Source: Malacoraja senta (Eukaryota). Taken from it: DNA of 64,000 nt. Each line of letters starts with the position of its first letter. Position 1 is the stretch's first letter. The DNA lies in the NCBI GenBank assembly GCA_038087875.1, contig CM075987.1:21020001-21084000 (forward strand), read 5' to 3'. Below are positions 25,200 to 36,625 of this stretch, piece after piece. The position numbers and the translations under genes were made by a program. The notes beneath the pieces are model-generated. The model searched no databases. It was not told the origin of the DNA and saw only the letters and a list, made by a program, of their open reading frames with translations.

Positions 25200-25700
25200 C
25201 CATGTTTCCCCCACCGCCACAGTTCCACCCCCCACCCATCTGCCGCTCTCACAACCTGGGTCTGTCCCAGTTGTTAACCCTGTCGGGTTTTCAGCCCTCC
25301 TCCCTTTCCCCCCTCCCACCTTTCCGCTCAGCCATTTTATCCCTCCCCCCCCCATCCCTGTATTCCAAATGGACTCATGTCCATTTCTCCCCTCTCCCTC
25401 CCCTTCCGCCTGCATTCCTTCCTCTGGCTTCACAATTCACAACTTTTCTATCCTTATCTCAAACATTTTATCTTTTCTCCTCTGCTCTTTTTCCAACCAT
25501 ATGCCTATCAAAACCCTATCTCACATGTATCACCTGCCAGACTTTCTCCTGCCCCATCTTCTCTTCCAACTTTCTTCTCCACCTCCCCCGCCCCACCCCT
25601 CCAACTACAATCAGTCTAAACAAGAACCGGACCTGAAGCGTCACCAACCCATGTTCTCCAGAGATGCTTCCTGACATGCCGAGTTGCTCCATTACCCTGC
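25200..25700 (+). mobile_element. Old PLE 3' region (pyrimidine-rich 3'UTR + degenerate terminal repeat)
   Basis: Similar to the reverse complement of 43200-43500. Ends ccatgttctccagagatgcttcctgac. Confidence 0.6.
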
Positions 25701-26039
25701 CACTTTTTAAAATTATCAAATCCAGCTTACTGTGCTTGTTGACTTACACTGGCTTATGTTCCAACAGCAGTTTTAATATTCCCCATAGTCTAATTCCATC
25801 CAAAGTATTTATCGTCTTTGAGTGCTACAATTGAGATGTCTTTGCAACACTAAATCTGGCCTCTTGAGATTTCAATTGCTCCAGCAGAAGCAGCTCTGCC
25901 TTCAGTTGCCTTGCACATGAGAACAACTGGACTACAGTAGGCATTTAGGGCATTGATAACATGCCAAAACCTTCCTAATTAACTGGAAGAGTAATTGAAC
26001 TTGTGTTTTCTCCCACACTGGTATCCCCAGGTTTAAACA

Positions 26040-26445
26040 TGTTACTATCAATTGGCCATGTTGGACAGGCCATGTTGTTCAAATGCTCAACACAGGACAG
26101 TCCATTCCATTCTCTTTTGTGGGAGAAGATTATCTGGCAGACAGAGGAAAATATTCAAGAGTGTGTTCAAAGCTTCCTTGCAGCATCCCCACTGAATACT
26201 GTGAATCCTGGCTCAAGCCCCTTCAAAGTGGAAAAGAAGCAGGATGTCACTGGCGATGTCAAGGCCAAACATCAGGAGCACAAAGTGATCCTGCAGAAGT
26301 GGCTGAAAGAACACACCACCGCACAAGCTGCCATCAATCATCTCCTGTCCCATCTGCGGAAGAGTCTGCCTCTGCAACCACCTGAGAACCAATCAAAAAT
26401 GGAATCAATACTGTCGATCTCAACGGACAGCTTGAAAAGAAGAAG
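26040..26445 (+). mobile_element. Old RTE-clade LINE 3' end
   Basis: Frameshifted GRQRKIFKSVFKASL / IPTEYCESW / SKWKRS / SCPICGRVC / HLRT motifs and an (aag)n tail. Confidence 0.65.
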
Positions 26446-26708
26446 AGTACACAAGGCCATTTTCTACACCGTAGAATAGAATAACGAGGATCTACATTGT
26501 GTGACGTATTTGGCATCAGATTGTGAAGTAGAACTGCAATGGTAAACAATAATAAGAAATAAAACCATGTTTGTGGAGATGTACGGATATTGGGAGAAAT
26601 GATGCTGTACTGTCAGAAACATACAGTGATAATCATGGGGAATTTTAATCTACTTGTAAATCTGATGGACAAAGCTAGCCTGGCTGAAGAGTTTAAGAGT
26701 ATTTTGGG

Positions 26709-26804
26709 AGGTAGACAAAAGTGCTGGAGAAACTCAGCGGGTGAGGCAGCATCTATGGAGCGAAGGAATAGGTGGTGTTTCGGGGCGAGACCCTTCTTCA
26801 GACT
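26709..26804 (-). mobile_element. Short PLE-terminus element, 9-bp TSD
   Basis: tattttggg at 26700-26708 and 26805-26813. Ends at the reverse complement of the hammerhead core. Confidence 0.8.
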
Positions 26805-29800
26805 TATTTTGGGGATGTTTTCTTAAAGCAGGATGTACTACCGCCAACCAGAGCAAGCTTCACTGTGGCACCATGCCACAAGACTGAATTGATTAATTAT
26901 CTCAAAGTGAAGGCTGCTGGGTGGCAGTCATAACATAAGTTGAGCTGTTCGTTCAACTTGGGGGAGAGAAGAGTGGGTCTAGGACTCAAGAAATTGTTAG
27001 AGCTGTGGCCGAAAAGTCCATGAGTTTTGATGGACTTCATCCTTTGGCCTTGAAAAGAACTAGCTAATGACATAGTAGACGGCTTTGTAATAATTTCCAG
27101 AAATTCACTTAACTCAAGAAAGGTTCCATTGGTTTGGAAAATAATAAATACAACTCCTTTATTCAAAAAGGGGGAGCCAGAAAGCAGAAACATCCAGACA
27201 GGGATTAGTCAAACAGTGATCACTATTTAACTTTTTTTTAAAAATCCAGTTATCTTTGCATCCGTCACAGGGAAATGATAGAAGCATTTTTGAACAATAT
27301 ATTCGAGTTCTTTGAATAAATAACACGCGCAGTGAATAAAGAGGAACAGGTGGGCATATTAAGCTTTCCAGAAAGATTCGATAAGGTGCCTTGTTAAGGT
27401 CATGGCAGAATAGCTCATGATGAAAGAGGTAACATACTGGTGTGGACAGAGTATTGGATGGCAAACAGGAAATGGTTAGAAAGCATAAATGGGCCTTTAA
27501 TATATGGAACTGGTTATGTGCTAAGGAACTGTTGGACAGGCTGGGTTTGTATCCACTGGTGTTTAGAAGAGTGAGAAGGGTCTGAGGATTCTAGATGGGA
27601 AGAAGGTGTTTCTTCTTGTAGGAGATTCTTCAATCAGTGATCACTATTTAACATATTAAAAAATTCTTATTTCTGAATCAGAATATTGAGCATGTAGATC
27701 TATGTTTTCACTTCACTATCAAGTGTAAAAAGATGCTGTTTTCCAAATGAGCCTTAGGATTGTGTTCCGATCTGCCCTCAACTGGAGATGAAAATGATCC
27801 CCTTATGTTATTTTAACTTGCAGAATGCACTTTTCCCAAATTTTTGGCCAATAATTGCACATCAACCACCATCGCATCTTGTCAATATTTCTTTCAGGTT
27901 CATTGCATTTCCAGTTTTCCTAGCCTTTCATGCATGTGCAGATGGCACTATTCCTACTTTTAAATCAATGACCACATGGCTAAAGATTTGGGATAGCCTG
28001 TAGCTGTAAACGTTGCTTCGCCTGTGAAAACCTTCCCTTCTCTCTCTCTCTTCCAAGCAATGCTGTGAAAGCTTGAGTGTCTCACAGAGGGAGCCCTGTG
28101 TAGCCTTGTGCAATAGCTTCTCTCCAAAAACTAATCTAATCTCTCTTTGACTTTACCTCATCCTTGTTCCATAAGGTGCACCATTTGTTGAACAGACTGG
28201 TTCAGGGAAGTGCATATTACTTATTTTTATATAGAGGAATGTATTAAAGCTCCTTTTTGATCCCCTGAGCACTGAATGTGTTTCACAGCTTTTTGATTGA
28301 CAACAAAAGCCTCCTAAAACTATTAATTTTCTATCTTCCTATTCCGCCATTCAACATTGAGCAGTGCTGGATGTTTCGCAATTTCCCTCACATCGAAAAT
28401 CAAATGAATTCCAGACAATACTCACAGCACACATCTCCAGTGTCAGCTTCATTCTTGCCTTCAATCACTTTTCTTATTTCATGACATTTTGTAAAGTTAG
28501 TGAGTGTTCCACTGTGCCTGGCTCCCCCAGCTTACCCAATCAGCGTCAACAGTTGCGTTGACTTCTCTGATTTGCGCCCCTTCTTCCCTGTCCTCTTGGT
28601 CACTCTGCTCATGTCCAAACCCTTTGATCTAAGTTAAAATGGAAACTAAACCATTGGGGCTTAATTTCAGTGCAACTGAATTGGAAAGGAATAAAGGTAG
28701 GTTAAACATATCAACAACTACGGTGAGACCACACTTGGACTATCTTGGAGTTTTCTTCACTATATTGCAGGGGAAACACAACAATAGTTTTATAGGGGTG
28801 ACACCTGTTCCACGAGGTTAGAGCTAACAGAAAAGATTGAACACACTTGGGATTTTTTTCCCCAGAGAAGACTGACAGATGATCGGATAAAGATCCTCTT
28901 GACTATGAATAGGTGCGCTGGGGAAGGCACATGGATGGCTTCCCTTGTTGGAGCGACTTAAAAGTAGGGCTCATGAATATAAAGTAATAAATAATGAATC
29001 CAGAAGGAAATCCAAGCAAAGCTTCTTCACCCAGGCAGCGATGTGGCCATGGAACTTGAAGCCTCATGGAGGGTATAAAGCGAATAATGGAGATTTATTT
29101 CAAGGGAAGACAGATATACAGGTGATGTGGTTCCACCGTAATGAATGTGGATGCTTTCTGGCCTGCAGGGCAAGTGTTTGAAAGATTCTTTCACTCATGC
29201 CAGCCGCCTGTTCTTGTGCAGTTGCCTGAGGCTAATTTAAGAGTTGGCATTAGTCCTGTGCTCTTTTGAACATCTGTTTTTTTTAAACATTTGCAATGCG
29301 TTCAACCAATTAGAGTGAAAAAAAATAAAAGTTTTTTTCCCCATTGCTTTCATCGGCAAACACAACCCAGGCAACTCTGAAGCATTAGAGTTAATATTGA
29401 ATTGCAATATTAAATGTTAAATTGTAAACAGATGCCCAGTTGTGTGCAAATCATTAGTTTCCACATAGCATTTACTAGGGAATCGCGAATTGGGGGCGGT
29501 AATCTTGGTATTTATGGAGCGAGAAAAATAATTAATATTTTGCTGCAAATACTTTTTATCATCAAAGGCATGGATTTGAAATGCGAACTGTTGCACTCTC
29601 CTCACAGAAGCTCTCCTCCACATAATCTGTCTGACCACTTTGTGCATTTCCAACATTCTCAATTTATATCTTCAATTTCCAGCAGCAGCACTATTTTGAT
29701 TTTTTACTAAGGCTCAGAATGCAGCTTTCTTGTTCTGAAGTAAGATGGCTGTAGGTTCAGACATTGGAGTAGATAATAAGTGAAAAGAAAAACTTTCAAT

Positions 29801-29877
29801 TATTAAAGACCTTTCAAAACTGCTAGACTTCCCTCAGTCACTGTTGCAACTTGGGAAACGCACAACCAATATGCACA

Positions 29878-30041
29878 GGAACGCAGCGGGTGTGGCAGCA
29901 TCTATGGAGCGAAGGAAATAGGCAACGTTTCGTCCCGAAACGTTGCCTATTTCCTTCGCTCCATAGATGCTGCCGCACCTGCTGAGTTTCTCCAGCATTT
30001 TTGTCTACCTTCGATTTTCCAACATCTGCAGTTCCTTCTTG
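29878..30041. mobile_element. Short fold-back PLE-terminus element (family A), 14-bp TSD
   Basis: Inverted arms centred on gcaacgtttcgtcccgaaacgttgc. TSD aaccaata(t/c)gcaca at 29864-29877 and 30042-30055. Confidence 0.88.
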
Positions 30042-30099
30042 AACCAATACGCACACACGCTCCCACGGTGTTGACCAAATAATCTGTGTTGTGTAGTGA

Positions 30100-30232
30100 T
30101 GATGATGCACTTCCAATCGTGCAGTAAAACACTGTATAGTCAGACCGATTTTTGTGCTCATGTCACTGGAGGGGGACCCGAGCACACAACCCCCTGATTT
30201 AGAAGTGAGCGTTCTGCCAACTGAGCCAAATT
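30100..30232 (-). mobile_element. DeuSINE-like tRNA-derived head remnant (possible others at ~10200-10420, ~12470-12600, ~45620-45850, ~56690-56860)
   Basis: Reverse complement tggctcagttggcagaacgctcacttctaaatcagggggttgtgtgctcggg...tgagcacaaaaatc. Confidence 0.5.
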
Positions 30233-30453
30233 TAGACTGATACTCCCAGTGCAGCACACAAAGTGTTTCATACCCTGACTGTTGGTTGAGATAAAAGCTG
30301 ATGCTGCGTTTACTAAGAGGATCTTGCAAATATAAATGGCACAGAAGGCTGCCCAGCCCATTGTTACCAGACTGGGCAATTGGAACTGGCCCCGTGTCAC
30401 TATTCCCCTTCACCGCCTTATCAGTATTTCTCCTTCACCTATGGTATATAATC

Positions 30454-30653
30454 NNNNNNNNNNNNNNNNNNNNNNNNNNNNNNNNNNNNNNNNNNNNNNN
30501 NNNNNNNNNNNNNNNNNNNNNNNNNNNNNNNNNNNNNNNNNNNNNNNNNNNNNNNNNNNNNNNNNNNNNNNNNNNNNNNNNNNNNNNNNNNNNNNNNNNN
30601 NNNNNNNNNNNNNNNNNNNNNNNNNNNNNNNNNNNNNNNNNNNNNNNNNNNNN
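30454..30653. other. Assembly gap (200 N)
   Basis: Run of exactly 200 n. Confidence 1.
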
Positions 30654-31620
30654 CTTCTCTAAGGAAGTCCTTCAGGGTCAAGGATGACTTGTTTCTAGTT
30701 TCGTTCTACAGTTTCTGTGAGGTCAATGTGGGATCAGCAGACTCTGCCTAGGTGGGGACGGAGATTGTGGGTGTATGTGTGGGATGTACTGCACTCCTGC
30801 TGCTTCCACTGTGCTTCCATCCAGATGCTCTGTCTCCATTTTGATTGCTCACAGGTCAGATTGTCACGTGTTGGTCACAATGTTACAATTTGTTAAGGGG
30901 GCTTTGTGAATATCCTTGAAGAATTTCCTCTGGTCGTCTTGGTAGCCTCATGCTATAGCTCAAAGTAGTGCTTGTTTTAGGTATTTAGTGTCAAGCATCC
31001 AAACAATATGGTCTGCCTCTTGGAACTAACTGAGTTCAAGCACTGCCTTGATGTTGAGAGTGCTAGCCTGAGAGAAAATGCTGACATTAGTTTGCTTATC
31101 CTGTTAATGGGATTTGGAGGATTTTGTGGAGGCAGTGGAGGTGGCAGCAGGGCCGGCCTTAGGAGGTGCGGGGCCCAATTGGGAACAATTTTCATAGAAA
31201 TATAAAATAAATAATTATAAATGAGTCACTTGTCATGAGTAATATGACAGTCAGTCGGCGAATTTGTATTTTTGTATGAAATACGGAAAATTAACGCTTA
31301 GGCGCGGGGCCCAATTGGGAGAAATCGGTCCAATCGGCTTAAGGCCGGCCCTGGGTGGCAGGTATTTAGGGTACCTGCTATGTAGATTGTCATGTCCAAG
31401 AGGATAAGCACTGCCTGGTGACCATGAACTTTGGATTGGTTTTGAGGTCTTGATTTTCAAACCCTCTTTTCCCAGGAAGGCAAAAGACTGGGCTGGTAGT
31501 GAATTTCAACATCAACATCTGCCTTCAATTCCGAGATATGACAAAAGATCCATGTTACACAAGACATGTTATCAAAGACGGGCCAAGTTGCTGGAAGAGT
31601 TTTATTTTCTGGATGTTTAG
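30654..31620 (-). mobile_element. Old RTE-clade LINE fragment (host of the hAT MITE)
   Basis: Reverse-complement similarity to 26040-26445 (gcagactct, gtgaatatccttgaagaatttcctctgg). Confidence 0.55.
31148..31353. mobile_element. hAT-type MITE, 206 bp
   Basis: Perfect 14-bp TIRs cagggccggcctta/taaggccggccctg. 8-bp TSD ggtggcag at 31140-31147 and 31354-31361. Confidence 0.93.
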
Positions 31621-32066
31621 GGTCAGGTCTCTTTCCTTGTAAACTTTCGTGAATGAGTCAACAATAACCTAGTTTCTCAGTTCTGGCAAAGTATCCTCAA
31701 CCTGAGACATTAATTTTGTTTCTCTTTCCATCGATACTGCCTGTCTAGCTGAAGGTTTCCAACATATTCCAGCGTTCCTTGTTTCCAGCTTTTTTATGTT
31801 TTCACGTTAGATTACCTGCATCTGCCATTTTTTATTTTCAGTTCATACAGCATAGAAACATGCCCTTTGACCAAACTCATCCATGCCCACCAAGATGCCC
31901 CATCTAAGCTTGTCCCATTTGCCCGCATTTGGCCCATATCCCTCTGAACCTTACCTATCCATGAACCTGTCCAAATGTCCTTAAATGTCATTGTTCCTGT
32001 TTCAACCACTTCGCTTTGCAACTCATTCCATATACATACCACCCTTGACATATGTCCATATGATAT

Positions 32067-32280
32067 GTGTCGGAAGGAACTGCATATGCTGCTTTACACC
32101 GAAGATAGACACAAAAAGCTGGAGCAACTCAGTGGGTCAGGCAACATCTCTGGTATACCTCTAGTTTCCCTCTCCCCTGACTCTCAGTCTCAAGAAGGGT
32201 CTCGACCCGAAATGTCACATTCCTCTTCTCTAGAGATGCTGCCTGACCCACTGAGTTACTTCAGCATTTTGTGTCTATTT
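32067..32280. mobile_element. Short fold-back PLE-terminus element (family B), 12-bp TSD
   Basis: TSD tccatatgatat at 32055-32066 and 32281-32292. Confidence 0.85.
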
Positions 32281-32363
32281 TCCATATGATATTGCTGAGT
32301 GACTGAAAATCATGCGTATTTCATCAATGATGAGGTTTGACTTCTTGAATATCTACCTATCTA

Positions 32364-33700
32364 TCTATACATAACTAAAACTCTGATCTTGTTATCTTCC
32401 GGTTTGGCAGTCATTCTATTTGTGCAAAGACAGTTTGCGATAGCACTACGATTTTTGCCAGTTCACTCACCGTTCCCTGTGCTGCGAGTCCACCAAGTTT
32501 CATTCCGATCGGTTGAATGTCGTCATAGTTAGCGATGTTTAAACATCTTAAAAACCGCGTGTGCGCAGATCGATCTCTTCCCCTGTCACTCCCCGTGGAT
32601 TAGTCTCTTCCCCGTCACTCCCCGTGGATTAGTCTCTTCTCCGCCCCTTCCTGCGCCATCGCGTCTTTACTGGAGTTGTGGAAAGCCAGTGGAGGTTTCC
32701 AACCGGACTTTCTGAGGGACCCAAAGCAGCCCCGCCCCCAAGCAGCAGCCCAACAGCGCGGCAATGTTGCCAAACGGAAAGCGGAGAGACTGATCCCGGC
32801 GGAGGAGAGCATCCAGCGCCCGCTGTGAGTCCCAGATGCACTGCCATCGCAACGCCCCGCAGCTCCACCCCTTTTCCCTCTGGTCCCCCTCGCTGGCTCC
32901 TGCCCCCTCCCCATGATACCCCCCTCTCCCCCATGGCTCTTCCCCCATCTTTTCTCCGAGCTCCCGCCCACACGCAGGCGCGGCCGTAGCTGCTGATGCT
33001 TCTGGGCCGAACCCGAGGCCTGGCTCTGAGGGCGCCGACAGCTGATGCTCCTCCGGGGCACGCAAGAAGGGAAAGGAGGTGCAACCTCGAGATCCTGGGG
33101 AGGGAGAGTGGGGGAGGATAAGGGAAAAAAGGAGTGGGGGGGAGTAGGGAGGGGAGCGGAGTTATGGAGGGAGGGAGTGACTGAGGGTAGGGGAAAGGAG
33201 AGGGAGGGAGAGGTGAGGGATGGATTTGGGGAGGGGAGGAGGAGAGGGAAAAGAAGAGGGCGGAGGTGAGGAGGGAGAATGGGGTCGGAGGGGGAATAGA
33301 GGTAGAGGAGGGGGGGGGGAGTAGAGGAGGGGTGGTGAGGGAGGTAGGGAGTGGGCAATAGAGTTGTGAGAGGAGGGCAGTGGGGGAGGGTGAGGAGGAA
33401 TAGTGGGGGAGATGGGGGTGAGGAGTGGGGGAGATGGGGGGTAGAGGGATAGGAGGGGGGTAGGGAGGGGAGATGAAGTTATGGAGGGAGGGAGGGAGTG
33501 ACTGAGGGTAGGGGAAACGAGAGGAAGAGAGATGAGGGAGGGATTGGGGGAGGGGAGGATGAGAGGGGAAAGAAGAGGGAGGGTGGAGGAGGATGAGAGA
33601 GTGCTAGGGAAGAGGGGAAATGAGCTGTGCCTGTGCAGTTGGGGACTATGAGTGAGTGGTGGAATATTACGTTGGGGGACCAAGCCTCCTGTGTGAGTAG
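32364..33700 (+). mobile_element. Non-autonomous Helitron-like element
   Basis: 5' a|TCTATACATAACTAAAA start and a 3' ...GTAG|t end, with no TIR or TSD. CpG-rich body and G-rich low-complexity tract. The subterminal hairpin looks eroded. Confidence 0.5.
33095..33620 (+). repeat. G/A-rich low-complexity tract
   Basis: Nearly C-free purine strand with many GGG runs and an internal duplication (gttatggagggagggagtgactgagggtagggga twice). Confidence 0.9.
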
Positions 33701-35474
33701 TATTTATATATAAACATCATCTGTGTAATGCAGCTGAGGCTGGAGTAACTGGTTCTGGACTGCAGATGACACAGGTTGAACAGCTTTGCATTCATCGTGC
33801 AGATTAGCTCCATTGCAGTGATCTGTGCCTTGACTGTCCTGGAATTGGTTGCAGTGGGCCTGTTGTTAAAATCACAGCTTGCATGCCTTCATGTAGCAGA
33901 TGAGAATGGAGACCAAATTTTGAGAGCAGCAAATTTGAGAAGGATTCTCGTCACTCGGAATTATGTAACATCAGACCATGTTTCGTGGTTATATTGATCT
34001 GTCCATTTTTCTTGGAGTTGGCACATGGTGAAGATCACGTTCCATGTACCTCTTCATGGATGGAGTCCACGGTGCAATTTGGGAGCACTTCTGGGGAGCA
34101 CTTCTGGCCAGTACTCTGACCACTGGCTTACCGCAAACATAAACAAACTCTCACCTTTTCTTCAACCCCTGTCCTTCACCATTCTACCAAAAACATGAAC
34201 ACCTCCGACGTTTCCCTATCTCTGTCCTCTTTCCCCTCTCAATTCTATTCCTCTTCACTTAAGTCCTTCCTGGTTGGCCATCTCCTCATCCTTCTCTTGA
34301 TTCCTTCACAACCTCTCCAGGCTCCATGGCCTGCTGCATCCCATTCCCCAAGTGCTACCTGCTTGCTGTGGCTTTCCCATACACATGCACACTGTCACAC
34401 AAACAGCAATATTAATTTTCATGCACATGTACGTACACACACAAGCACAATTATATGCACACATTCACAGACATGGTCTCTTTAAGTGAGGTTATCAATT
34501 TAATGGCATTTGAGGGATAATTTTGTACTGTAGTCCTAAACTGAGATAAAAGCTTCCACTGGGATTGCAGAGACAGGCTAGTTACATCTCACCATTCTGC
34601 ACTGGATTTAAACCCACGTCTCAGAGGAACAAAGACACTTCACTTATCCTGAAGCACTCCCCACTTGAAAAGATCTGGAAATGTCAAATATCATTAATTC
34701 ACTTTATGGTCTGTCACGTGCATAAAGAGATGGAGATGTGTGGGGATTATTTGTCTTGTTATTAATATGAATAGAATATTCAGGCAAAAGAAAGCTCCTC
34801 AGGAAAGATGTATTGATCTTGGAGGTGTACAGTGCAGCTTTAGCAGAATTAAAGGATAACATCTTGAGGACAAGTTGTAGGAACAGGTTGTATTGATTGA
34901 AGACAATCACATTGAAGAGTTAAAAGTGATAAAGAATTAAATAAAGTATCTTCCAGTTGATCTATTTGCTCCAGGATAATCCACAACAAAGAAGCACAAT
35001 TCAAAATTAGATTGGCTCAGCAAGTAGCAATCCTTTACATAAAAGTGAATGAAAATCTAAGACTGTCTTCACCAAATGTTTGTGCATATTGGAAACTAAT
35101 CAAAATTGTCTAGAATGAAATTTGATAAACTGTGGTGAATTAAGTAATATCAAGGGATGAAAGGAGTTGAGGTTACATCACCCAAGCAGCCAGATGAAGG
35201 GAGGGCAGATTTCAGGAGTTGTTCCGATCCTTGATAATGGTATTTCGCCAAGAAGATGAAATAAAGAGGGAAAACAAGATGGGAAAAGCAAGTAATAGAG
35301 AGGAGAAAAGAACAATTGATACATGTGTTTCATCATGGACCAGAATCTCTCATAAGACGGCAGTTTGTTCAATGATAGTCCAATTGAACAGTCCCAGCTT
35401 TGTATTAATTAAAGACACCACATATTTGGAAAAGGGGTTTGAAGAAGGGTTTGACCCAAAGCATATTTGGAAAA

Positions 35475-35605
35475 GGGTCTGAAGAAGGGCTTCGACCCGA
35501 AACGTTGCCTATTTCCTTCGCTCCATTGATGCTGCTTCACCCACCGAGTTTCTCCAGCATTTTTGTCTACCTTCGATTTTCCAGCATCTGCAGTTTCTTC
35601 TTAAA
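35475..35605 (+). mobile_element. Short PLE-terminus element (family A), 13-bp TSD
   Basis: Begins at the hammerhead motif and ends cagcatctgcagtttcttcttaaa. catatttggaaaa at 35462-35474 and 35606-35618 (third copy at 35421-35433). Confidence 0.88.
35476..35509 (+). ncRNA. Minimal type-I hammerhead ribozyme motif
   Basis: ggu-CUGAAGA-A-GGG(CUUCGA)CCC-GAAACGUU-gcc. Confidence 0.68.
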
Positions 35606-36069
35606 CATATTTGGAAAATCCTCTTTTGCTTTTTTATCAGCCACCAGCCCTGCAATTGCAGTAGTTTTAGGAGTTCGTTATTTAAATCAAAAGCAATATG
35701 TTAGTACATTAGAAATCGTGCAATATTTGCAATGTGCAGACTATCCTATGAGGGAAACCTGGGCAGGCTAGGCTTGTATCTGCTGGAGGTTAGAAGAATG
35801 CGAGGTGACAATGCAAACATAAAATTGTACGGGATCTTTGCAGAATGGATGTGAAGAAGGCGCAGCCAGGAGAGCTGTTGCCTTACAAGTCCAGCAAGCC
35901 AGTTTCATCTCTGGTTCTGTCTGTTTGCATGTCCTCCCTTCGACCACGTGGATTTCCTCCAGCATCCCAAAGCTTTGCAGGTTGGTAGGTTAATTGGCCA
36001 ATGTAAATTGTCCCTGGTATGTAAAAGAGTGGTAGAATTGGGATTGGGGGAGGGGGACAGTGGAGAGAG

Positions 36070-36625
36070 ACAATAGACAATAGACAATAGACAATAGGTG
36101 CAGGAGTAGGCCATTTGGCCCTTCGAGCCAGCACCGCCATTCAATGCGATCATGGCTGATCATCCCCAATCAGTACCCCGTTCCTGCCTTCTCCCCATAT
36201 CCCCAGACTCCGCTATCTTTAAGAGCCCTATCTAGCTCTCTCTTGAAAGCATCCAGAGAACCTGCCTCCACCGCCCTCTGAGGCAGAGAATTCCACAGAC
36301 TCACCACTCTCTGTGAGAAAAAGTGTTTCCTCGTCTCCGTTGTAAATGGCTTACTCCTTATTCTTAACTGTGGCCCCTGGTTCTGGACTCCCCCAACATC
36401 GGGAACATGTTTCCTGCCTCTAGCGTGTCCAAACCCGTAACAATTTTATATGTTTCAATGAGAACCCCTCTCATCCTTCGAAACTCCAGAGTGTACAAAC
36501 CCAGCTGCTCCATTCTCTCAGCATATGACAGTCCCGCCATCCCTGGAATGAACCTTGTAAACCTACGCTGCACTCCCTCAATGTCCTTCCTCAAATTAGG
36601 AGAATGTCCCTTCCTCAAATTAGGT
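36070..36625 (-). mobile_element. Young CR1 3' fragment
   Basis: EGVQRRFTRFIPGMAGLSYAERMEQLGLYTLEFRRMRG... and an (attgtct)n tail. Confidence 0.9.

Noticed and set aside
26003..26479. 158-aa ORF as a novel gene
   Set aside because: Overlaps a decayed RTE LINE 3' end whose motifs are spread across frames.
30301..30687. ORFs spanning 30454-30653
   Set aside because: They read through the N gap.
32615..33683. Long Pro/Ser- or Gly-rich ORFs (247 aa, 173 aa)
   Set aside because: Artefacts of GC-rich and low-complexity sequence poor in stop codons.
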